From Archangium sp. (GTDB lineage: Bacteria > Myxococcota > Myxococcia > Myxococcales > Myxococcaceae): a stretch of DNA of 14,016 nt. The notes under the pieces were generated by a model, which did no database searches, was not told the origin of the DNA, and was given only the letters and a program-made list of their open reading frames with translations. The position numbers and the translations under genes are program-made. The DNA is taken from positions 1 through 14,016 of the forward strand of contig JANLPS010000378.1 in the NCBI GenBank assembly GCA_031367385.1. Reading direction: 5' to 3'. This document shows, piece by piece, positions 7,430 through 14,016 of this stretch; position 1 is the stretch's first letter; every line of letters begins with the position of its first letter.

Positions 7430-8929
7430 CTAGCTTTCAGTCGACCGGGGCACCGACGCACTCGGCGCATCAGCGGCGCCTTCGCCACGCTCTCCACGGC
7501 GCGGGCGACGGCGACGACGGCGAGGGCCAGGCGCATCGGTCGACGGATTTGGAGCTGCCCCTGCCTTCCACTTTTCAAGCGCCTCGCGGTGCTCATTCGT
7601 CGCGCGCACCCAGACCTCGAAGACCTTGAGCGACTCGTTGAACAACGGGTGACCGCGAAACCCGCCCAGGCCCCCACGGCGGCGGCGCAGGCCGGCCATC
7701 GTGCGCTGGGCCATCAAGATCATGCGGCAGCGCTCGGCGATTCGGCGCGGCAGGCGGGCCTTCTGCACCAGCTCGTTGAGCAGCAGCTCGACCGCCTTGG
7801 CCACCGAGACCACCGGTTGGCCGGTGTCTTCGGTGCCTTCTGGCACCTCGGGCTCTTCGAGTGCCAGCGGCAACAGAATCGAGGCGAGCAGCATCGAGTC
7901 ATCGAAGGCCACCGAGCCGTTGATCAGCTCGTCCATCACCTCGACGAAGCGAAAGTACTCGTTGGTCGCCGCGGTATCGCGCTCGCTCAAGTACGCAGCG
8001 ACCGGCGGCAGCAACATCTTCAGCGCGTCGAGCGCCATCAACAGCCGCATCGCCGGGGCCGCGTGGCCTCCGCGAATCAGCCGAAAGGTCTCTTCGAGCA
8101 GCCGGGGCGCCGAGCACCGGGGCAGGTCTTCAACCGTGCCCTCCATCGCCGCGTAGGTGCGCGACTCGATGTCGAACTCAATCTTGCTGGCGAAGCGAAC
8201 CGCGCGAAGAATGCGCACCGGGTCTTCACGCAGGCGTTTCTCGGGGTCGCCGATGGTGCGCAGCTCTTGCAGCGAGAGGTCGCGCAGGCCGTTGACGTGG
8301 TCGATGACCTTGCCGGCCATCGGGTCGTAGAACAGCCCGTTGATGGTGAAGTCGCGGCGCAGCGCGTCTTCGATCTCGGTGCCGAAGGTGTTGTCTTCGG
8401 TAATCAACAGATCAGGCGCCTCTGCTTCTTCAGGAGCCACCACCGCTTCGTTGGCGACCGGAGCACCGGCTTCAACCGCGGCCAGCGCCTCTTGGTCGGC
8501 CTGCGCCACAATCTCAGCTGGCGCATCGCCCTCGGCGACCACGTCGCTGTCGAGCACCTCGGCGGCCTCATCGGCCAGCGGGGGGTTCGCGCGAAAGGTC
8601 GAGACCTCGAGAATCTTGCCGCCCTTGAAATACACGTGCGCCAAGCGAAATCGGCGGCCGATGAGCCGGCAGTTGCGAAACAGGCTGCGAACCTGGTTCG
8701 GCGTGGCGCTGGTGGCGATGTCGAAGTCTTTGGGCGTTCGACCGATCAACAGGTCGCGCACGCAGCCGCCGACCAGATACGCCTGGTACCCGCTCTGGCG
8801 AAGCCGCAGCACCACGCGCACGGCATCGGCGTCGAGGCGCGAGGGGTCGATTTCAGGCCCGTGTGAAGGCGTCGCATCGGTCGGCTCGGTCACCGCCGAA
8901 CCATTCAACTCATTGATTTCGCTGGTCAT
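7430..8929 (-). CDS. pcnB: Poly(A) polymerase I (polynucleotide adenylyltransferase PcnB), 499 aa
   Basis: Class II nucleotidyltransferase motifs AYLVGGCVRDLL, KDFDIAT, EVSTFR, DALRRDFTINGLFYD, EDPVRILRAVRF. The PAP-diagnostic LIGRRFRLAHV distinguishes it from CCA-adding enzyme. Arg-rich C-terminal tail. Confidence 0.93.
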   Translation of the reverse strand: MTSEINELNGSAVTEPTDATPSHGPEIDPSRLDADAVRVVLRLRQSGYQAYLVGGCVRDLLIGRTPKDFDIATSATPNQVRSLFRNCRLIGRRFRLAHVYFKGGKILEVSTFRANPPLADEAAEVLDSDVVAEGDAPAEIVAQADQEALAAVEAGAPVANEAVVAPEEAEAPDLLITEDNTFGTEIEDALRRDFTINGLFYDPMAGKVIDHVNGLRDLSLQELRTIGDPEKRLREDPVRILRAVRFASKIEFDIESRTYAAMEGTVEDLPRCSAPRLLEETFRLIRGGHAAPAMRLLMALDALKMLLPPVAAYLSERDTAATNEYFRFVEVMDELINGSVAFDDSMLLASILLPLALEEPEVPEGTEDTGQPVVSVAKAVELLLNELVQKARLPRRIAERCRMILMAQRTMAGLRRRRGGLGGFRGHPLFNESLKVFEVWVRATNEHREALEKWKAGAAPNPSTDAPGPRRRRRRPRRGERGEGAADAPSASVPRSTES

Positions 8930-8951
8930 TGCTCTTTCTCAGCTGCAGCAC

Positions 8952-8976
8952 GACGCCGGCTGAAGAGCCGGTCGTC
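8952..8976 (-). promoter_or_regulatory. Stem-loop in the pcnB leader/intergenic region
   Basis: On + strand GACG-CCGGCT (8952-8961), loop GAAG, AGCCGG-T-CGTC (8966-8976): 10 bp with a single bulge, about 22 nt upstream of the pcnB ATG. Confidence 0.45.
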
Positions 8977-8989
8977 AAGAAGCCCCTCG

Positions 8990-9019
8990 CGCATACTCCC
9001 AAACCAGGCGCGAAGGCAA
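8990..9019 (-). promoter_or_regulatory. Possible sigma70-type promoter for pcnB
   Basis: Minus strand TTGCCT (9019-9014), 18 nt, TATGCG (8995-8990). Weak consensus match only. Confidence 0.25.
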
Positions 9020-9022
9020 AAC

Positions 9023-10045
9023 CTACTCGAAGCGCCGCTTGCCCTTGTGCGTGCGGGGCCGGGCATCGTCGAGCAGCGAGAGGTAGTCGATTTCTCTGGG
9101 CGGCGGAGGCGCGGGCGTCGCCCCGAGCGCAGCCACCCGCTTGGTGAACGCCGCCAAGATGTCGGGAAACGGCCGAACCGCGTTGAGCATCGACGCAGGC
9201 CCCTGGAGCGCCTCGACCAACGACTGCGCCACGTCTGCGATCGGCACGCCCCGGCGCAGTAGGTCTTGAAACGAGTTCGACAGCGTCAGCAGGTTGTAGC
9301 CAGAGGTGGTGACCAGCTCGAGCATCACCTTGAGCACCTGCGCCGCGCTCAAGTGCCCATCGGCCATCAGCACCAACGCCGCTTGAAAATAATTGAACAC
9401 CGGCACCACCCGCGGCCCGTAGCGCTGAAAGTACGCGGGGGGGGTCAACCTGTCCAAGTTGATGAAGATGCGCCGCACCGGGTCGGCGATGGGTATCTCC
9501 TTCCACTGGGCGATGACGCGCTCGATGTCATCGGGGTACACCTCGGCGGCTTCGAGCACGCGGTGCACCACGGGCTCGCTCACCCGCCGGGCCACCATGT
9601 CGGCGTAGAGCGAATAGATGAACGCATCGGCCTCGGCGTCGTCACCGAAGAGCACCTCTTCGCTGTCGGTCGGAGCCCGCGAGCGGCTCTCGAGCAGCAC
9701 CGGCAGCTTGTAGCCGACCTGACCCCGCAGGGCCTTGAACCGGCCTCGCACCAGGTTGCGCAGGTTGTCTTTGAGCACCAGCTCGTCGAACACCACGCCA
9801 TCGAGCTTGAGCTTCTCGATCAGCACGGTGCGCATCTGCGTCGGGCTGCCCGAGACGATGCACAGCTTCGAGTTGCCGCTCGAGGCCAGCTCGCGAATCA
9901 ACGCCGCCGCGCCCGGCACCGCCTTCTTCTCATGGGCCTTTTGAAACGCGGTCTTCACCAGCGATCGAAACGAATCGAAGTCTGTCTGGAGGTAGGTCTT
10001 GTCGAGATCCCACCGGTAGATTCGAGTCGTGGCCACGGAGATCAA
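9023..10045 (-). CDS. HAD-superfamily phosphatase domain protein, App1/DUF2183 (phosphatidate phosphatase)-like, about 340 aa
   Basis: Motif I-like WDLDKT (DxDxT), motif II-like IVSGSP, Lys in VGYKL, motif IV-like LFGDDAEAD. No ATG start: TTG 10045 or GTG 10036. Confidence 0.75.
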   Translation of the reverse strand: MISVATTRIYRWDLDKTYLQTDFDSFRSLVKTAFQKAHEKKAVPGAAALIRELASSGNSKLCIVSGSPTQMRTVLIEKLKLDGVVFDELVLKDNLRNLVRGRFKALRGQVGYKLPVLLESRSRAPTDSEEVLFGDDAEADAFIYSLYADMVARRVSEPVVHRVLEAAEVYPDDIERVIAQWKEIPIADPVRRIFINLDRLTPPAYFQRYGPRVVPVFNYFQAALVLMADGHLSAAQVLKVMLELVTTSGYNLLTLSNSFQDLLRRGVPIADVAQSLVEALQGPASMLNAVRPFPDILAAFTKRVAALGATPAPPPPREIDYLSLLDDARPRTHKGKRRFE

Positions 10046-10084
10046 TGGTCTTACTGACTCGGCTCCGCTTTGTCCGCTCCCACG

Positions 10085-11143
10085 TCACCCCTTGGGCAGC
10101 GCCGCCTGAATGGCGTGAGAAAGCTTCTTGCTCACCGCCTTCGCCGCGACCTTGCCCGCGTTGCCGATCGCCCGCGACTTCGACTTGCCGTGGGCTTTGA
10201 TGAACAACCGGTCGAAGCCCAAAATCGGAGCCCCGCCGTATTGCTCCCAGTCGGTGACCGCTTTGATGCGGTCGATGCCGCCGCTGAGCATCGCGAGGCC
10301 CGCGCGCCACAACAGCTTCTCTTTGTAGGCGTACTTGGCCAGCTCCATCACGGTCTCAGAGACGCCTTCGAGCATCTTCAAGCACACGTTGCCCACGAAG
10401 CCGTCGCAGACCACCACGTCAGCCGTGCCCTTGGGTATGTCGACCCCTTCGATGTTGCCGATGAAGCGAATGCCAGGCAATTTCTGCAGCTTGCCGTTGG
10501 CCTCGACCACCCGGGCCGGGCCCTTCATCGCCTCGGTGCCGTTCGAGAGCAGCGCCACCGCAGGGTCGGGGTTCTTCGAGATGATGCGCGCATAGGCCGC
10601 GCCCATCACCGCGAACGCCACCAGGTCATCGGCGCTGGCATCGACCGTCGCGCCTACATCGAGAATCAGAGAGAACGGGTCATTGCTCGAGCCGCGCGAG
10701 ACCGCCGTCGGGTAGACGGTGGCCAAGGCCGCCCTTCGCACCCCTGGTATCATCGCGAAGGTGCGTGCACAGGCCAGCACTCCGGCGCCGGTGTTGCCCG
10801 CCGAGACCATCGCGTCGGCTTCACCGTCACGCACCAGCCTGGCGGCCACCAGCACCGATGAGTTGGGCTTGGCGTCGAGCGCCGGTGACGGCTTGTCGTG
10901 CATCGCCACGAACTCAGGGGCGTGATGCACCGCCACCCGCTCGGCGTTGTGTCGAATGTTCGCGAGCGCGGCGTCGATGACCGAGCGGTCACCCACCAAC
11001 ACCGCGTGAATGTGCGGGGTGTCGAGGGTGAGCTGCGCGGCCCCGCGAATGATCTCTTCGGGGCCGTGATCTGAGCCCATCACGTCGAAGGCGATGCTGA
11101 CCGGCGCCTTCGTGCTCGAGCTCAACTCGGTCGAGACGCTCAT
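10085..11143 (-). CDS. plsX: Phosphate acyltransferase PlsX (divergent, stand-alone copy), 352 aa
   Basis: IAFDVMGSDHGP, DAMVSAGNTGA, FIGNIEG, DVVVCDGFVGNVCLK, YGGAPILG, IKAHG. Start set at ATG 11143, 5 nt after the gltC stop. Confidence 0.92.
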   Translation of the reverse strand: MSVSTELSSSTKAPVSIAFDVMGSDHGPEEIIRGAAQLTLDTPHIHAVLVGDRSVIDAALANIRHNAERVAVHHAPEFVAMHDKPSPALDAKPNSSVLVAARLVRDGEADAMVSAGNTGAGVLACARTFAMIPGVRRAALATVYPTAVSRGSSNDPFSLILDVGATVDASADDLVAFAVMGAAYARIISKNPDPAVALLSNGTEAMKGPARVVEANGKLQKLPGIRFIGNIEGVDIPKGTADVVVCDGFVGNVCLKMLEGVSETVMELAKYAYKEKLLWRAGLAMLSGGIDRIKAVTDWEQYGGAPILGFDRLFIKAHGKSKSRAIGNAGKVAAKAVSKKLSHAIQAALPKG

Positions 11144-11148
11144 CTGTT

Positions 11149-12993
11149 TCACTCGCCTTTGGCTGGGGCCGACCGCTCGATGCAACCCTTCGTCAGCGTG
11201 TACTGGTAGGTGCCGAGCTCGTCGCGCCAGTACTCACCCACGTACGGCCAGTAGAGCTCTTCGTCAGAGACGGCCACCGAGTACTGGTAGCTCTTGACGA
11301 TCTCTTTCTGCCCGCCGACGCCGAGCTGCTGCTCGAGAAAGTCTTTCTCTTTCGAGGTCGTCTCGTAGTGAATGCGAATGCCGTTGCCGCGCATGGTTTT
11401 GAGCTGGGAGAGCTCGAAGTCGAGCTTGCCCTTCGCCATGATGCCGGCCTTCTTGAGCAGCTCGGTGCGCGCCACTTTCAACGATTCGATCAACGACTTC
11501 GACAGGTTCGAGTACTTGAAGGTGTCGCTCTTCGAGCCGAACGAGTCGATCTCGCTCTCGAGCTCGGTGATCGAATCGACCGTCTTCTTGAGGTCTTTGT
11601 CGGTCAGCGCCAGGTTCAAGATGCGCTCGAGAATCTCGTCGGTGTTGGTCTTCTTTTCGCCCGACTTGTTCTTCTTGCGCACGTCTTCGAAGACCGTGAA
11701 GTACTCGGTGGCCTCCATGTTCTTCTGCACCAGCCGCTCGAGCTCTTCTTGCACCGGCCCGTAGATGCGCTCGAAGTCTTCGATGATCGACAGCGCCTCT
11801 CGGTAACGGCAATTCTCGAAGTAGATCACGGCCTTCAGAATCAGCGCCTCGGGGAAGTACTCGTCGCGAAAGAACGGAGAGCTCAGCGTGATGAGGTTAC
11901 CCAGCGCCTGCTCTGATTGGCCGATTCGATAGTTGGCCCAGCTGCTCTCGAAGAGCGCCTCGAGCCACTGCGGCCCACCGCGCTCGATCTTCGAGAAGTA
12001 GAAGATGGCGTACCGGTTTTGCTTCGCGCCGTAGTGCGTGCGCGCCAGCTGCATGAACGCGAGCTCGCGCAGCGTCTGGCTGTTGCGAACTTCGCTCGCC
12101 TTGGCCCCGGCCGCGGCCGTGCGGGTCTCGCGAACCACGTCTTTCATCGATGCCAGCGCCGTCTCGAGCTTGTTCTCGCGGAAATACGAGAGCCCTTCGA
12201 GGTACTTGGCGCGCGCGTAGAACAGGTCGCCTTTGGGTATCAGCAGGCACAGCCGCTTGACCTCTTCATAGGCCTTGTCGGCCTCACCCTTCTGATCGGC
12301 GTCGTCAAGCGCCTTGCCGCGCACGAAGTTGTAGCGGGCGAGCAGGTAGCGAAATTCACTGCGAAACCGCTCGGGAAATTCGAAGTTTGAGTACTTGGCG
12401 ATCTCGTCGAGCACGACCGTCTCGTTGACCGTCTTGCGCGAGATGAAGAACAGCCACTCGAGCGAGCTCTTGAAGAACTTGGTGCGATCGCCGCGGGCCA
12501 GCACGCGAGAGAAGGTGTCGAGCGACGAGTGGTACATGCCCAGCTTGTAGAGTGACTTGGCGAGCCAGTACTCGGCCTCGGCCGCGAGCGCCTTGAGCTT
12601 CGGGTCTTGGCTCATGTCGTAAAACGAGACCGCCGCGCCTTCGAAGTTCTCGGCCTTGAACTGGGCGATCGCCGAGTCCATCTTCTGGCGGTCTCCGGTC
12701 TTGCCGGCCACGTCGACCGCGTCGAACGACATCGTCGGAGCGGGCTTGGTATCGACCGGCGCCGGTTTCTCGACCACCGCCGGAGCCTTGGTGTCGACCG
12801 CCGCTGGCACGTCGACGCCATCGGCCGCGCCCGGGTTTTCGTCGGGCTTCTTCTCTTCGACGGGCGGCTTCTTCGCCTTCTTCTTGCCCTTCTTCTTGGC
12901 ATTCAGATCGAGCCCGTCGAAGTTCATCTGCGCGAACGCGGGCATCGCCAGCATCGGCACCAGCGCCAGAGCCAATATGCGAAAGACTCTCAT
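11149..12993 (-). CDS. gltC: Adventurous gliding motility TPR protein GltC, 614 aa
   Basis: Signal peptide (MRVFRILALALVPMLAMPAFA), TPR-like helices (AEYWLAKSLYKLGMYHSSL, ALFESSWANY, YFPEALILKAVIYFENCRY), C-terminal YWPYVGEYWRDELGTY. Lies directly after two paralogous beta-barrel genes, as in the myxobacterial gltK-B-A-C cluster. ATG 12993 follows GAGGAG. Confidence 0.88.
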   Translation of the reverse strand: MRVFRILALALVPMLAMPAFAQMNFDGLDLNAKKKGKKKAKKPPVEEKKPDENPGAADGVDVPAAVDTKAPAVVEKPAPVDTKPAPTMSFDAVDVAGKTGDRQKMDSAIAQFKAENFEGAAVSFYDMSQDPKLKALAAEAEYWLAKSLYKLGMYHSSLDTFSRVLARGDRTKFFKSSLEWLFFISRKTVNETVVLDEIAKYSNFEFPERFRSEFRYLLARYNFVRGKALDDADQKGEADKAYEEVKRLCLLIPKGDLFYARAKYLEGLSYFRENKLETALASMKDVVRETRTAAAGAKASEVRNSQTLRELAFMQLARTHYGAKQNRYAIFYFSKIERGGPQWLEALFESSWANYRIGQSEQALGNLITLSSPFFRDEYFPEALILKAVIYFENCRYREALSIIEDFERIYGPVQEELERLVQKNMEATEYFTVFEDVRKKNKSGEKKTNTDEILERILNLALTDKDLKKTVDSITELESEIDSFGSKSDTFKYSNLSKSLIESLKVARTELLKKAGIMAKGKLDFELSQLKTMRGNGIRIHYETTSKEKDFLEQQLGVGGQKEIVKSYQYSVAVSDEELYWPYVGEYWRDELGTYQYTLTKGCIERSAPAKGE

Positions 12994-13736
12994 CACCGGC
13001 TCTCCTCAAAGACGGTGGGCACGAACATCGAGAACCCGATGCCGACCATCAGCTGGTTGCGCACCGACGTGTTCGTCACGGGGAACCCTTGCTCGAAGTA
13101 GATCACGTCACGCAGCTCGGTTCGCAGCGCGAGCCACTTGTTGATCACGAAGCGAAACCCGACCCCGATGTTGCCACCGACGGTGATGGTGCCCTTCGGG
13201 CCGTAGTCGACGATCGCCGGGCCAGCCAGAATGTAGGTGTTGAAGTGCACCACCTTCTCGGCGATCAGCGAGAGCTTGCCGTAGATGGGCGACCACTGCA
13301 GATCGAGGCTGGCCATGAAGGTCATCAACCCGTAGGCCTTGTTCTCTGGCGTCGAGCCATTCTTGGTCAGCTCGTCGAACGTCGGGGCCCGGCAGGCGCC
13401 CTGCTGCGCGCAGACCTGGGCCGCGCCCGAGATGATCGACGCCGTGTACCCGCCACGCAGCGACAGCGCGAGGGTCTCGGTGAAGTGGTAGGTCAGCGCC
13501 GCACCGAACAGGTACTTGGTGAAGAACGCGTCGCGCAATGAAATGGCCAGCTCGGGCGAAATCTCGAAGCGGCCGTTCATCAAGAAGGCGTGGCCAGAGA
13601 CTGGCGGTATGCGATCTCGCAGCGGGCCCGACGAATCTTTATCGACCTCAGACACGTCGCCGGCTTCGTCTTCGGCCTTCGTCTGCGCGAAGCCCGGAGC
13701 GGCCAACACCATCGTCGCCAACAGGAGCCACCGCAT
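12993..13736 (-). CDS. gltA: Outer-membrane beta-barrel protein of the gliding machinery, GltA by gene order, 247 aa
   Basis: Signal peptide MRWLLLATMVLAAPGFA, motifs RIPPVSG..F, DAFFTKY, LQWSPIYGKLSL, GVGFRF..NKWLALRTELRD, amphipathic beta strands. Its position immediately upstream of gltC gives the gltA assignment. Confidence 0.78.
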   Translation of the reverse strand: MRWLLLATMVLAAPGFAQTKAEDEAGDVSEVDKDSSGPLRDRIPPVSGHAFLMNGRFEISPELAISLRDAFFTKYLFGAALTYHFTETLALSLRGGYTASIISGAAQVCAQQGACRAPTFDELTKNGSTPENKAYGLMTFMASLDLQWSPIYGKLSLIAEKVVHFNTYILAGPAIVDYGPKGTITVGGNIGVGFRFVINKWLALRTELRDVIYFEQGFPVTNTSVRNQLMVGIGFSMFVPTVFEESR

Positions 13737-14014
13737 TACTCAGCCTCTCGGAAGGTCGACTTGAAGGGGAAGAAGATCGACACGCCTGCTTGCAGCATCA
13801 TCAGGTTCTGCGTCACCGCTTTGGTCGAGCCGGTTGGCACATCGGCGTAGGTCGTGTTGATCAGCGCCACGTTCACCGCCAAGAAGTCTTTCGCCACGAA
13901 GCGCAGGCCCACGCCCAAATCGAAGGCCGGCTTCACGCCGGTGCGGGCCAGGTCGGGAGACCCGTCTTCATTGTGAGCGCCGGAGGTCTCGGTGTAAACG
14001 ACGCCGCCGCCGCC
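13736..14014 (-). CDS. gltB: 3' part of an outer-membrane beta-barrel protein, GltB by gene order (gene starts beyond the window)
   Basis: Frame is open to the window edge: GGGGVVYTETS...KPAFDLGVGLRFVAKDFLAVNVALINTTY...QNLMMLQAGVSIFFPFKSTFREAE*. Paralogous to the C-terminal half of the downstream barrel. TAATG stop/start overlap. Confidence 0.72.
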   Translation of the reverse strand, partial: GGGGVVYTETSGAHNEDGSPDLARTGVKPAFDLGVGLRFVAKDFLAVNVALINTTYADVPTGSTKAVTQNLMMLQAGVSIFFPFKSTFREAE

Positions 14015-14016
14015 GA

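Noticed and set aside
7238..8866. 542-aa plus-strand ORF antisense to pcnB
   Set aside because: Shadow ORF of a high-GC gene. No recognisable motifs, and it fully overlaps a confident CDS.
7430..8929. CCA-adding enzyme as an alternative call
   Set aside because: The LIGRRFRLAHV signature and Arg-rich tail indicate poly(A) polymerase.
10046..10087. Selenocysteine recoding of the plsX UGA
   Set aside because: No SECIS-like hairpin evident downstream, and the UGA falls at the normal PlsX C-terminus.
13392..13412. C-x5-C (CAQQGAC) in a GltA loop echoing the Ig-repeat motif
   Set aside because: Probably an independent loop disulfide in an unrelated fold. A single occurrence gives no evidence of a link.

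Overview
High-GC window of myxobacterial type (Myxococcota, inferred from the Glt gliding genes). Left: the 3' end of an unknown gene coupled to a YdeI/OmpD-associated family gene (+), and a convergent CPA2 cation:proton antiporter with a C-terminal RCK_C (TrkA-C) domain (-). Middle: a 1449-aa predicted lipoprotein (+) with nine Ig-like (He_PIG-type) repeats, each carrying a C-x5-C pair, followed by an Asp-box/BNR beta-propeller region. Right: a minus-strand run gltB(partial)-gltA-gltC-plsX-HAD/App1-like phosphatase-pcnB, which joins the outer-membrane platform of the Agl-Glt gliding machinery to a lipid-metabolism pair and poly(A) polymerase. The most notable points are the lipid module attached to the gliding operon (a divergent stand-alone PlsX lying in frame with an ATG-less phosphatase gene), the cysteine-stapled Ig-stalk lipoprotein, and an AT-rich nested palindrome/tandem repeat at 7380-7420. 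No rRNA, tRNA, CRISPR array or mobile element was seen. All family calls come from reading motifs by eye, not from database searches.
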